Origin: Nemertoderma westbladi
Lineage: Eukaryota; Animalia; Xenacoelomorpha
Length of the DNA stretch: 63,167 bases
Reading direction: 5' to 3'
NCBI GenBank assembly: GCA_032718475.1
Contig: JAUCBJ010004792.1
Location: 1 to 63,167, forward strand
The position numbers and the translations under genes were made by a program. Positions 49,270 to 62,919 of the stretch are shown in pieces (position 1 is the stretch's first letter; each line of letters begins with the position of its first letter). Under the pieces are notes generated by a model. The model was not told the DNA's origin. It searched no databases and saw only the letters and a program-made list of their open reading frames with translations.

Positions 49270-52200
49270 CGTTTATTTTTGTCATACCACCACTTGTTTT
49301 TATACTTCTCATATATACCTGCTCTATTACTGTATCAGTTGATAAACCTGCCCAATAGCGATCACTTCTACGTACAGGATGATAACCTTTTATGAAACTA
49401 TCATATACTCCAGGATGTGTGTCACTAAGATTAGACATTGATTGCAGGTATAAATATAAGCATTTGGTGTATTGATTATGACCAGCAGCAGCCAAATAAG
49501 GGAGCATTTCTTCCACAGCACTTAAATGTAGTAACCAGTTTCCTGTGCGTTCAGCCTTTATAAAAGTTTGTAATATTCCTACCATATCCATATACTGAAG
49601 CCACAATTTGGGTGTTGGAAATTGTTTCAACAAATTACACTGAAATCTTATCTTTAAGGCAATTTCATGCAAGTCATCATTTATTTCAATATCATCGATG
49701 GTATATACCTTTCCCGATAATGCATCATCAAGTAATACTGACAGTTTAGTTAGCCGGTCATCATCTAATTTGCTGGCAGTCATGACTAACTCCGTGAATG
49801 CATCATGGGAATGGGAGTTGATATCTTGTGGTGCAGATTCATTATCCATATCTTGTATGGGAATTTGCAGTGTCATAGCAGTGAGGATTGTGTAAAGAGC
49901 AGCCAATAAAATGAAATGACCTCTAATGGCATGACTTATTGCCTTCCCTGAAAATATATGTGGTATAACTTTGGATGCATATATAACTTATAATATATCT
50001 TCTAAGCCGGTCCCAGCCATTAAGTGGCCAATGCAACCCAAGAAACTCATCTCGATATGAAGGCCACCAAGACGTAGGATAATGGATCTTAAGTTGCTGT
50101 TTGGGGGTTCAGATTCAATAATAGTTAAAGCCTTCCACCACAATGGCTGTTCAAATGTTATAATCGGTGTAATGTTTTGTTTTTTTGCTTGCTCACAGAT
50201 GAATGTTAGTGTAGATAAAATGCATGTCATGTTTGTGGGATCCATGTCTAACATGGGAAGAAAATGAACTGATGATTGGCCCGGGTATTCGCCTTTGTGA
50301 AGCTGCTGCATCATGCCTAACCATGCCGGTCTATTCTGTCTAAGCAGTAATGAAATGGACCACAGTGCATCTATATGACATGTATCATCTTCATATGAAG
50401 CAGAACTTAATTGTTTATATATGAGATTTCGGATAAATGCTATCGTGGAAGATTTAAACTGGACAATCTTGATACTTCCAGCCTTTAGTATGGCTGCGTT
50501 TGGTACATCCTTTTTTTGAATCACTAATGAATTCCTTACTCTGGGTGTAACTGTCCTAATCATTCCCATTCCGTGGAATGTGTTCCTGCCATCTAATGTC
50601 CTTATGTTATGATCCACATTGTCTGCTACAAACTGAGAAAAATGCCCATCTGAAAGACCTGGAATATCAGTTCCAAATGTTACAGCAGCATTGCGTTCAA
50701 ATCGCTGAACTTCTGAATATGATGAGCAAAATCCAAGGCTGTTTAATGTGTCTATTAGATATCTGGAACTAAAGTTGTGATGCATCTGAACAGCCAATCC
50801 TAGTTGCAATGGTGAGGTTATGGTTCTTGGCAAAGTTGCCTGCCAATCTTTACCAATCTTTAGAGACAGTGGATCTCCACCGGCGAATATTGCAGATAGA
50901 AACATTTGAAGTGATTCTGGAAGATACGTATTGGCTTCAGTAACATTCGTCATCTGGGATGCCGTGGGGTATTTATTGTTAAATATTTCGTATTGAGATT
51001 TTGCTTTTATGTCATTTTTTAAAAGTTTAGCAGCAGTTTCTATTATGTGATCCTTTTCTTTCTGTGCATCAACATATTTGGTATGTTTATAAAACTCACG
51101 GATGACTTTGTCCACATTCTCAGTAAATGTAATAACATTTTGTTTACCGCAAACTTCAGAGATTACAATATTATCACCAAAGTGATCTATAAGTTTATCT
51201 TTCATGTGTCTGAAACTGTAAACCTCATACCCAGTGTCTTTTAAATTTGTTTCCATTATCCCTAGTATATCGCCGATTGTCAACTGTTCCCCATCTTCCA
51301 AACGCCTAACAGCCTCCATAAATGCTTGTGTACGAACAATGTCTTCTGGCCGACCGACCTTAAATCTTTCGGTTTCTGATTGAGAGACATCGATGGGTTG
51401 CAATTTTCTCATCTTACGAAAAGTGACATCACATTCCTTATGGTAAACAGCTCCCACTGCTAGCAAATCATCAACACATGATAATCTTGATAGACCTTCT
51501 ATGCTCCATGTATCTCCTCTTTCGTGACATACCTAAATGGTGTCGTGAGAAAACAAATTTTTTAAAATTATTTTAATTATTTGTATAATTATTTATTGAA
51601 GAATTATTTGAAATTGTGTCTAATATTTTTGAATCATGTATATTGTTGCTCTATATATATTAATATTTCGTACAAATAAATAATAGCCAAAAGCGAATTT
51701 TTTTATTTAATAAATAATATTATAATGCTTAAAGAATTTGGGGGGGGGGGGTGCATTGTAATGAGTCTGTATAATAATTAATTATAATACTATTATTGTA
51801 GGCATTAGTTCACCTTGGGTCACCATTTTCATCTAACCTTTATATATGTGTTACATGTGTTTTTATGAAAATATTTCATGTGTGATTGTTCCGTTGACGT
51901 TTTTAAACAAAAATTGTTGTTATTGAACACGTAGCTATTAATAATTAAACAAATAATTTGAACCTAATTTCAACAAATAACGTAAGTACTATATTATTGA
52001 TTTACAGTATAAATTGCAATGAATTAGCCACATGTCACGTGTCTTCCATGTGTTGTAAATATAACAAGATAATAGTGAAAAATATTTTTAACACTATAAA
52101 AAAGTACGTTGAAAATGGTGACCCAAGGTGAACTAATGCCACTATTATATAGGCCTACCTTCTCTATTTTGCTTTTGAAATTAAATGTTTGAACTTGAAC

Positions 52201-52566
52201 AAGCTTTTTTCTTGATTTCTCTTTTAATCTTTTCCCGTCGTAAGTATCGGGGTTATTACAATAGAGACAATACTCTGGGTAAACAAATAATGGCTCGGCT
52301 GTGCGAAGTAAACGTTTTGACGTGGACGGTCCATCTCCATTTCCTATTTCAAATCTATTTTGGATGTTTGCTGTCTTTATATAAAAAGGATGACAGAATT
52401 TTCGACGACAATCTTGATGAACTTGTTGTCCTACTTTAGTGGAAATCCTATCACCTCTGCTTTGACTTGCGAAATTTATGCTGTTGCAGCCTTTTTCTGT
52501 TAACACAGCGATGTCATTGTCTTCTTCGGCGAATTGTTTATCACACAAAGGACAACATTCACCCAT
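49270..52566 (-). pseudogene. Academ transposase, spliced (intron 52158-51533), with a stop/frameshift near 49990-49905 and a C-terminal truncation
   Basis: N-terminal Cys motifs CPLC, HQDCR and CLYC. A GT-AG intron joins KIEK to VCHERGDTW..DLLAVGAVYHKEC. Further motifs: ADNVDHNIRTLDGRNTFHGMG, TFEQPLWWKA, RLGGLHIEMSFLG, AERTGNWLLHL and IEQVYMRSIKTSGG. Confidence 0.85.
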
Positions 52567-52762
52567 TGTATCACCACTTATATACGACGCCGATGTGCTC
52601 GTACTACTTTGTTTATTAATTTTTTCTATAATAATGTCAATGTCATGACAAAGTACAAGTGACGATTCTGCTAATAGGGTATGTATATTATACTGTAACG
52701 TATGAAGCTATGAACTGTCCTTGAATGGCTTACTACCAATTTAACTACAACAATTCACTGGA

Positions 52763-52815
52763 AAGGGGAATTGAACTCGGTACCTAGAGATTCCAAGTCC
52801 CACGCTCTACCAACT
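52763..52815 (-). other. tRNA-derived fragment upstream of the Academ transposase
   Basis: The minus strand reads AGTTGGTAGAGCGTGGGACTTGGAATCTCTAGGTACCGAGTTCAATTCCCC (A and B box-like). No acceptor stem. Confidence 0.45.
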
Positions 52816-55800
52816 TTACTTTAACAACCGATTATACTGTACGTCCTCTTACAGGCTCAGAACATTAAGCATTTCAGTTGTTAAAGATGGGCGTTTATTC
52901 GAGTATAAATACGTTAGACATAATAGGTAGTATTTCTATGTGTACACCATCCGTGGGATGAAGAAATTATAAAAAAACAAGGTGAAGGTTGTTGTACCTT
53001 CTTAGCTATAGAAATATATTGAAATCTTACACTGTTCTAGAAAATATAATTTCCGAGATGATATAAAGCAACTTCTTTAATAAAATATACATTTTTTAAT
53101 TGCTTTTATACAATTTGTTCTAGAACATATGTTTTAATTCCAAACAATAGCTAATATGTTATAGAACATGTTTATGAAAATAAATAGAAAAAACAAGCTA
53201 TTATAAAAAATTTGATGCGGGGGGCCATAACACACCCAGTACCCATATTGTAAAAATTAGGATATCTATTAAAGTACTTGCAAATTATTTTATAAACTGC
53301 ACTGAAAGTTTTTTAAAATACTACATATTATAATGGTTGTAGTGATTTGTCTAATAAGTAGTTAGCTACATCACTAACAATAGGAAATTGTTCTATTGAG
53401 CAGTTACCAAGCAACTTGTGTTATAATTAAGCAAACAAATAGCTCCATTATCAGTAAAGAGCAATTATTGTGCATTGCAAAAATAGGTCATATGTTTGCA
53501 TGAAATTGAATGTGTTCCGCAACATATATTTTTATAGACTTTTTTTTGGGCAATAGCAAGATAATATAGAACCTAAAAAATTTGGTTTTGGTTGATTGCG
53601 AATTTCTTATGGGTTTACCCCCTTTTTTGGCTAGATTGACTGGACTAAAGGAAGAGTTCTTGAAAATGGAAAAACTCGGTATCATCCGGAGGTCAAACTG
53701 CCCATGGGTATCAGCTCTCCACATCACGCCGAAACCTAACGGCGGGTGGCGACTTCAGGCGGCTCAATGACGCCACGCTGCCCGACATGTACCCACTCCC
53801 ACATATACACGACTTTAATGCCAACCTCCCTGGAGCAACAATCTTCACCAAGATTGACCTGGCGCGAAGTTATCACCAGGTTCCCATGCGTAAGGAGGAC
53901 ATCCCCAAGACCACAGTGACCACCCTGTTCGGTCTCTGGGAGTTCCTCCGCATGCCATTCGGCCTCCGGAATACCTCCCAGACATTGCGGGGGCTGATGA
54001 ACTCCATCTTCCGCGACCTCCCCTACATCTTCGACTACCTCGACAATATCCTCGTTGGTAGCCACTCGGAGGAGGAGCACATCAGGCACCTGCGCCAGGT
54101 CTTCCGCATCTTGGCGGAGAATGGGCTCGCAGTGCAGCTCCGGAAGTGCGTGTTTGGTGTCCCATCCCTTGCCTACCTCGGACACACAGTCGACACCGAC
54201 GGGATCCGCCCGCTCCCCACCAAGGTTGAGGCCATCTCCACTTTCCCCGTCCCAACGACAAAAATCGCTGTGCAGCGATTCCTGGGAATGGTTAATTATT
54301 TGCACCGTTCCCTCCCAGGGATCGCCGGCACCCTAGCCCCCCTCCACGAGGTGACAAAAACTCACGCACGTGAGGTCATCTGGTCGCCAGACTGCCAGTT
54401 AGCCTTCGACACAGCAAAGTCAGCTCTGGCCACCGCCACAATGCTTCACCACCCAAGCAGCGACACCGCATCGAGCATCACGGTTGACGCCTCTGACATA
54501 GCCATTGGTGGCATATTCGAGCAGCGACAGGGCGACATCTGGCGCCCCATCACCTTCTTCTCAAAGAAGATGTCTCCCGCTGAATGTCGCTACTCCGCCT
54601 TCGATAGAGAGTTGCTGGCGGTCTACCTTGCCATCAAAACGTTCTGACACCACGTCGAAGGCCGCGCGTGTTCAGTATTTTTACTGATCATAAGCCCTTA
54701 ACTGGAGCCTTCTCCAGCTCCGTAGACCGCTCACCTCGCCAAACTCGACACCTCTCCTTCATCGCAGAGTTCTCCATGGACGTCTGCCATGTCAGTGGGA
54801 AGGACAATGTTGTCGCTGATGCGCTTTCCCGTGCATCGATCTCCGCAGTACTATCCCCAACCGTCAACTTCTCCCAGCTCACAGCTGCCCAGGCTGCCGC
54901 CCCAGAGGAGATGGCCACTTACCGCACAGCAATAAGCGGCCTAAAACTTGTCGACACAAACTTCCGCGACTTCACCGTCCTCTGCAACATCTCTACCGGC
55001 ATCGCCCGGACCATCGTACCATCTACCTGGACACAGAGGGTTTTCGACGCCCTCCATGGGCTCTCCCACCCCGCCACGAGGCCCTCCATCAAAGTGGTAT
55101 CTTCCCGTTTTGTATGGCATGGCCTTAGGTGGGACATTACGCGCTGGTGCCAAGAGTGCCACCCCTATCAAGCCTCCAAAGTCACGCGCCACACACGTGC
55201 CCCGCTCACTGAGCGCGCGTCGCCCACCGCAAGGTTCTCCTGCCTCCACGTAGAGATCGTGGGTCCCCTTCCACCCTCGGAAATCGCCATCTATCTCTTC
55301 ACCATCATAGATCGCTTCACCAGGTGGCCGGAGGCGATCCCGATACAGAACTCGGAGACTGAGACGTGCGCACGCGCACTCCTACAGGGGTGGATCACCC
55401 GATTCGGCATCCCGACGGACATCATGTCCGACCGTGGCCCACCATTTACCTCCAAACTGTGGGCGGAACTCAACTCCCTCATCGAGATCACGGCCAACAC
55501 CACCACTGCCTACCACCCACAAGCAAACGGGATGGCCGAACGGCTTCATCGCCAATTAAAGGCATCCCTCAAAGCGTGCCTCTCGACATGCCGTTGGATG
55601 GATGAGCTGCCACTAGTCCTCCTCGGCATCAGAACGGCGTGGCGGGAGGACCCCAGTACCACGCCCGCCGAACTCGTCTATGGTGTGCCATTGCACGTTC
55701 CTGGGGAGTTCATTCCCCCACTGCCTCGTTTGTCAACCCCTTCGTCAAACTTCGTCTGACAGCTCCAGGATGATATGCGCAACCTGAAACCACCCGTACC

Positions 55801-56049
55801 GAGTTCCATGGCACACCCATCGACCGTGTCCCGCCAAACCTACAAGGCGCCGAGTTTATTTATGTACGACGCGACGGCCACAGAACTCCGTTAGAACAAC
55901 CCTATTCCGGGCCGTTACCCGTGGTTAAACCTGGACCCAAAACTTTTGAAATATAGGTCGGGCGACGATGAAACATGGTCTCGGTCGACCGCCTTAAAAT
56001 CGCCCACAGCGTCGCGTCAACCGACATGCCCGCAATACCGCACAAATCA

Positions 56050-56175
56050 GTAGTATCAACCGCCTAGGCATCAGGTACTACCGTAGTATTAACCGCCTAG
56101 GTATCAGGTACTACCATAGTATTAACCGCCTATGCATCATGTACTACCGTAGTATTAAACGCCTAGGTATCATGT
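56050..56175. repeat. 33-bp minisatellite, segment 3 (~4 units)
   Basis: The same unit resumes immediately after the Gypsy integrase tail. Confidence 0.92.
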
Positions 56176-59100
56176 GCTCAATCCCAAGTTCCTTTGAATA
56201 TCTGTTACAGGCTCATTATAGGTATTGCAGCTGTTACAGGTATACATATAACTGAGACACATTATAAAAATATTGACACATTTCTTACAACGCTTCAGTC
56301 CGACAAAATTCATCAAACAGCAATGGTTGGGTGATGGTAGAGCTGCACGCCTAGTTGTTCAATCGTGGGTGTATACTTAATTGCCTTACATGTTTACAGG
56401 TAACTGCCAAGAGAGAGAATGTTTCAGTTTATCTCCGCCGCTTCACGTTGACCGGGAGTTGTTTTACCTAGGAATGAGAATGTAACATTATTTAGTACGG
56501 TATGACGTAATATATTGTTTAAGTTTAAAAAAAATGTATATGTTATAGACAGAAACCAATGAATTAATTATCTACTTGTCAAAGATTAATATCAATGAAT
56601 GATACAGTTAGTCAAGTAATGTAGTGTTGTATTATCCAAAATGTGATCTTTGAACTACTGAGAAATATTTTCCATTATCTCATATGATCATAATGTTTAT
56701 GATGAACTACACATTATATTACATGTACATAATACATTTATTTTTCTGACATGATAGCCACTTCATTATTCTTAAAGAATATTACAAACTTAGAATATTT
56801 CTAAGAATATTACTTACAAACAGGCGTCTAATATTCCTCCCTCACCATAGATAAACCTATTAAATATCAGATAAATATTACATACACTTCATGTAAATAG
56901 GTTGTGTGAGATAATGTTGCAATGGTATCTACACATATCTATATACTGTATTATGTAGTATACAGTAGCATTGTAATATAATAATAAATCATGTATATAA
57001 TGTAATATAATTGTAGTGTAATATATTTTACAAAGTGTCCTACTGAAACTTTTTCTCCCCTCAATTACCAGCTGTAATTGTGTTGCTTCAGTTTCTTTTA
57101 CCTGTTATGTGCGCCTGTGCAGTTTATGTGTGTCACGTAATATCCGTATCTCAGACGTATCTCACAACGAATTGTAACTTTTCAAATTTATTCATCATTG
57201 TCAGTGATTTTTTGAAAAATATTTTTTAGACAGAATTGCCGTTAAATAGCGCTAAATTTCGGAAAGAATAAGACTGCAAACCCCATCCATTAATACATAA
57301 TAACACTTAATATATAATTTAAAGTACAAATGTTTCCATCGAAATGTTTGAAAGACCTCTTTAATCAAGGAGCAGCGACTTACGAGTTAAATCTATAAAA
57401 TTAGATAGTTCATAAATTGTAGGCGATGCTTGTCTGCCAGGACTACAGATTGTGGTGCAATGGGTTAACGGATGCTGCATAAGTCTTGTGATTTGTCTCA
57501 TTTTCTCCAATGACTGGGTATGTGTCGGAGTGGAATACAGTATGAGAGTAGCATCCAACCCCGGACACCCCCCCCCCCCCCCCCCCCCCCCCGCAATCTC
57601 GCCTCCTGCTTCAGAGTTTAGGCTAGATAGGGCAGCATATCAGGAAATGGTCTCAAATAATATTGTTAGCCAGTCTATTTTTAAGGAAAATATTAATATT
57701 TATTAATTAATATTTAATAAAAATGGGCTTTCTGCCATCATTCAAAATTCAGGAGCTATCCATTATCAAAGGAGATATTTCGGGCTTACCCACAAATCCT
57801 AAGCAGTTTGTATATTTACTTAAGAAAATCAGTTCTAAACATTGAATCCGTTGTGTAGTAATGTTGTCGTAGGTGTAGTGTACAGTATGTGTATGTACTG
57901 CAGGTAATATCCTCCTCTAGTAATATTGTGTGTTTTCATTGCTATATTAAATAACATCATACACATCTTAATTCTTAAAATCAATTGTAAATCATTGACT
58001 AAAACATTTATGAGTAGAACATATAATTACACATGGTTTAGTTATTTAATTACTTAAGAGTGAGCCAAATGCAGGGGGATATAATTATAAAATATAACGT
58101 GTGCCAAATAACGTTCTTTACTGGGGTCAACCTTCACAGATAGTTCGATATTGATACAGTGGGATATATATATTTTATACCAGTATACTGTATGTTTGTA
58201 TGTTTACCAATCAGTATATTTTTAAGTAAAAAGAATATCTTCGTTCGAACCGGCTTATAAGGTCTTCTTTACAAAGGCACATTTACTCGTAAAGTAAACT
58301 AAACTTCACTTACTACTTTATACAACGATGCAACACTACCAGCTGACCAGCACGCGGCACACTCAACTGCCTAACCTGTTACACAGTAGTGTTACCAAGG
58401 CCTACTACTACTGTAGAAGTCTTCTGGTAGGCCTGTAGCGTTACACTACTGTTTACTGTTACACACTATCTAACTATAAATAAATACTAACTGTGTGTTG
58501 CAGCTAAAATACATGTCAGAGTCAGAGTCAATACTTCAATAGCAGCAGCGCAGAAGCCAGCAGGCCTATCTGTGGCTGTTGACAGTTGATGTGATCGTGA
58601 TGTAGTCGATGTAGTGTAGAAAAAGTGGAAATTTTAACAACAATTGTTGACATTGTTGTGTCCATGACCTCTGACCCTGATGATATACAATTTAAACAAA
58701 CTGTCTGACTGTTGTGAAATTTACTGTACTCCAGTACTCAGTACTGCCTGACCGCCTGAGAGCCTGACCGGTATGACAGTATGATAAAAACACATGCTGG
58801 CAGCTGGCATGACAGCATGATCAGAGAGTCAGATGCAAAGTATTTAATTTTGACTGTCAGATCTGCAGATTTTCCTGACTGTGTACTGGTGTATGCTGGT
58901 ATGGTATGACTGTATGCTGGCTGGTATGAGGCCCATAGGCTCATACAGTCATATACTCGCCCATACTACTGTACTACAGTACTACTGTACTACACCGCTC
59001 AGTCATCATGCATCAGCTGCAGCTACAACAGTAAACAGGTAAAACTAGGCCTACCAGACTGCCAGAACCAGCCTACAGTACTATCTGAGATCTGACTGAC

Positions 59101-59178
59101 TATGAGCGAGTTTAGTGCTGTAGTGAGTTTGAATGCCTTGCTAAATTAAATGCCTCAAATGTATGATGTGGCAGTCTG

Positions 59179-60240
59179 GGGCGGGCGACAAGAAGCTCCG
59201 TTAGTGCTAACGGCTGAACGGCACCGTTAACTAAAATTATAAGCGACACGAATCCTCCGTTAAATTAACACAACGTCGGCTTTAACCTGTTAACTAACGG
59301 AAGCCAGCGACTCGAAGCTCCTTTACACTAACTGACTAACGGAGGACTCTCCGTTAAGGTATTTTACACCATGCAGCCATGCGCCAGAAAGCACCTTTAA
59401 CATTTACTGATTTAAGGTTCCGTTAAGAAATATTTTGTATTCTACTCTACATAACTGCATAACTAAAAGCATTCTGAAAAACTATATATATAGCTTTCAT
59501 AGTATAGAATTTGAATTCACGTTCTGTGTGACATTCAATCATCTCCGCATTATTCATATTTCCAACTCATATTTGTCGGTAGTTCTAATTAAATATTGCG
59601 GGGCGTTGCAGCTGATGTGGGTGGACTTAGATGTGTAATCACAGTTATAAACACAGTTCAACTTAGTTTTACGTCATCAGTTAGACCCTCTCAGTAATCT
59701 TAGAGATACGATTCCTCAATGCAGCAATGACCAGGTGGAAGTCGTTGGTCATTGAGAGATAGAGTAGATTTCTACCCAACAGCCCAACTGCCCAATACAT
59801 ATCAGCATATTGCAGTATTGAGCACTACATACAGACATATGTTCTATTAGTCAGTTAGTTGTTTTGATGATGTTACATTCCCGATCTTAACATTAATTGT
59901 GTGCGCTATTTGCCTAAACATGAAACTATAGCGGTAGTATTTATTTACTGCTTTGGTCTTGGTGTACAATATTTTTTAGATGTGGAAGGGTTTTAATTTG
60001 AAACGGCACTCCAACAATAACATTATCGAGTTGCCTAAGCAACCATCAACACTCATGTGTACGCAATTTTATCATCCTTTGGAAAGTATCACATTTATTA
60101 CTAACGGAGCCTTAACGGAGAACTCACTAACGGAGGCCTAAATACTCGTTCGTGTCGCCCATTATGAGTTCTCTGTTAAGTGCACTTCCGTTAAACCTCC
60201 GTTAACTTTAACATTAACGGAGCTTCGTGTCGCCTGCCCC
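59179..60240. mobile_element. MITE, probably PIF/Harbinger-like
   Basis: TIRs GGGCGGGCGACAAGAAGCTCCGTTAG and TTAACGGAGCTTCGTGTCGCCTGCCCC, with many subterminal CTCCGTTAA/TAACGGAG motifs. The flanks are CTG and CAG, not a perfect TSD. Confidence 0.7.
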
Positions 60241-60437
60241 CAGATATGTATTTGTACAGTACCGTAACTTGCTGACTTGTACCTGTCTGCCTGTGTACCG
60301 GTGACTAACAGACTAAAATATATAAACCGGTTTACGTGCTGACATGTACTTTTAATATCGTTTTCTTTTTTTCTTTTTTAATTATCAGATTATGGCACGT
60401 ATTGTACCAACGTACTATCAGACTATGTAGGGTAAAA

Positions 60438-60592
60438 CGAACTTAGATCCTGCAAGGCCTGACTTTGATGAACGTAGATCTTTCCTTACTTAGGTCTTAG
60501 GTCGTCCTATGTATCCGAACGTAGATCCTATCTGGGTGAACTTAGATCCTAACTAGGTGAACTTAGATCCTAACTAGGTCAACTTATATCCC
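60438..60592. repeat. Short ~21-bp imperfect tandem repeat (GAACTTAGATCCTAACTAGGT)
   Basis: Directly visible. Confidence 0.7.
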
Positions 60593-61436
60593 ACTTTATG
60601 CTATTAAAAAAAAGCCTTTGGCATTTTGGTATGGTAATCATCATGCTAATCGCGAAGCGAACTTAGACTGTTAGATCCCACGTGTGTGTAGCCTACTGTG
60701 CGCTTAAAACAGTCAGGGAGATCATCAAATTTGAGAATACCTCAAATTTCAAATTATAGACCCAATTTTGGAAATACCTCAAATTTAATACAAGGTTAGG
60801 TTAATTCTCTAAATTTGAGTTTTACCCCAAATTTGAATTTCATAGCAGCATAGTCAGATACAGACAGAAGTCATAGTTGGCTTAGTTCAGTAGTTGTTAG
60901 CTTGTTACTGTATTGCAGAGGTAAAAAATAAACTGATGTAGGCCTAGTGCAGTAGTGTCTGAGTGTTGTGAAATATAATATTTAAAACATATTCAGTATT
61001 AGTTTAAAAAGGCTTATACTTAAAAAGGCTACTGGTAGGGGTGCAGTGGGGTGGTATGATCAGATGGTAGACATATAAAACGAAGTACAGAAGTACAGAG
61101 CTTAAAGAACTTAGGCCTATATTTTTATATTGTTACTTTTTTGCTTGAATGTGCCCTAAAATCGGGAGAAAAAGTAGTAGGCCTACTTTTTTTCCCTACT
61201 GGTAGGGAAAAAGTTGTCCCCATAATATCTGAATTAGGGCTCAACAGAAGCTTCGGCTTCGGTTCGGTTCGGGCCGAAGTTTGGCAATTTCGGTTCGGTT
61301 CGGCTTCTGCAATTGATACTGCAGAAGCCAGGAGCAAACTTTGCTAATTATTCCAAGTATTACATTGACTGATTGAGCTAAGACCAGAAGACAGTAAGAC
61401 TAATCAATCTGTCCATCGTTGTACTAATTAATTTTG

Positions 61437-62919
61437 GGGTGCAAACGTTAAGCAGACACTGGTGCAGAGCAGACAGTAGGTACAGACAGTGGTGCAGACA
61501 GTGGTGCAGACAGTGATGCAGACAGTGGTGCAGACACCTGGTGCAACAGTGGTGCAGTCGTGCAGCCACTGGTGCAGACAGTGGTGCAGACAGTTGTGCA
61601 GGCTTTGATACAGACAGTGGTACAGACAGTGGTGCAGACAGTGGTGCAGACACTGGTGCAGACAGTGTTGCAGACAGTGGTGCAGACACCTGGTGCAGAC
61701 ACTGGTGCAGACACTGGTGCAGACAGTGGTGTAGACAGTGGTGCAGACACTGGTGCAGGCAGTGGTGCAGACACTGGTCAGACAGTGGTGCAGCAGTGGT
61801 GCAGACAGTGGTGCAGCCAGTGGTGCAGACAGTGGTGCAGATACTGGTGCAGACACTGGTGCAGACAGTAAAGGCTGAAAGGGGCGAGCAGGTTAGTAAA
61901 GGAGCAGTTTAGTAAAGGAGCAGGTTTCAGAGGAGTATTGGGGGAACCAAAACAATAAACGTTATTGTTTTGGAGGCTAAGAATACCCAAGGGCCAAGAA
62001 TACTCGCAGGCTAAGAATACTCGCGGACTAACAATTCCTGAGACCTTACTGTAGTTAGTCTGCACTGTCTGCACCACTGTCTGACTGTCTGCACCAGTGT
62101 CTGCACCACTGTCTGCACCAGTGTCTGCACCACTTTCTGCACCAGTCTGCACCACTGTCTGCATCACTGTCTGCACCACTGTCTGCACCAGTGTCTGCAC
62201 CACTGTCTGCACCAGTGTCTGCACCACTTTCTGCACCAGTCTGCACCACTGTCTGCACCAGTGTCTGCCGCACCACTGTCTGCACCACTGTCTGCACCAG
62301 TGTCTGCCGCACCACTGTCTGCACCACTGTCTGCACCACTGTCTGCACCAGTGTCTGAACCACTGTCTGCACGCTGCACCACTGTCTGACTGTCTGCATC
62401 ACTGTCTGCACCACTGTCTGCTGTCTGCACCACTGTCTCCACCACTGTCTGCACCAGTGTCTGCACCAGTGCCTGCACCACTGTCTGCACGCTGCACCAC
62501 TGTCTGCACCACAGTCTGCACCACTGTCCGCACCAGGTGTCTGCACCACTGTCTGCACTGCACCCAGTGCCGGATTAACCTTAAGGCATATAAGGCACGT
62601 GCCTTAGGGCCAGCCGAAAATCCGGGCCATTTTTTTTTTGCAAGTCATTCCTGTAAAAAAAGTATTTTTATCTGAAAAGTCCGGAAACAGAGCAAGAAAG
62701 TGCATCTTTCGACTACTTTCTATCCCTAAATTTGTGATAGAAAGTGCAAAATTCTAGCTCAGTCGACCGTCAGGTGCTGTGTTATTAGTTCGAGACCTGA
62801 TGGCGGGGAAATAATAAAACATGGGCAGTAAAACTTTAAAGTGCTAATTATGAACAATGGAGAATTTAATTTTATCTATTTGTGCAGTCTGCACCACTGT
62901 CTGCTTAACGTTTACACCC
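61437..62919. mobile_element. Foldback/Mutator-like non-autonomous element with 9-bp TSD and inverted 12-bp satellite arms
   Basis: TTAATTTTG|GGGTGCAAACGTTAAGCAGACA ... TGTCTGCTTAACGTTTACACCC|TTAATTTTG. (GTGGTGCAGACA)n runs 61455-61870 and its reverse complement 62058-62562. Confidence 0.88.

Larger units (their letters stand above)
46000..53647 (-). mobile_element. Academ DNA transposon (7648 bp), ~255-bp TIRs, 3-bp TSD AAG
   Basis: AAG|TAGTCGAGTCAATCTAGC ... GCTAGATTGACTGGACTA|AAG. Removing it restores the Gypsy pol frame IAK/EEFLKMEKLGIIRRS. Confidence 0.9.
44504..56048 (+). mobile_element. Decayed Ty3/Gypsy LTR retrotransposon (5' LTR, PBS, gag, PR, RT, RH, IN; no 3' LTR), split by an Academ insertion
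   Basis: Putative LTR TG..CA at ~44504-44700 and PBS at 44702. Gag: VKLPPF*..PEVWFRQVEAQF and CYFHQKFG..C..C. Degenerate protease LIDCRA. RT: KIDL..YHQ, MPFGL, YLDN. RNase H DAS. Integrase H2C2 plus core at 54668-55759. Several stops and frameshifts. Confidence 0.92.

Noticed and set aside
56200-59170. Possible further exons or a second host gene
   Set aside because: I found no convincing ORF, domain motif or consistent splice pattern in this AT-rich stretch. Small exons cannot be excluded without RNA data.
61378-62675. Cys/His-rich, metallothionein- or antifreeze-like ORFs (CTTV, HHCL, QTVV, GADS)
   Set aside because: Open in most frames on both strands because of the 12-bp repeat inside a TSD-flanked transposon.
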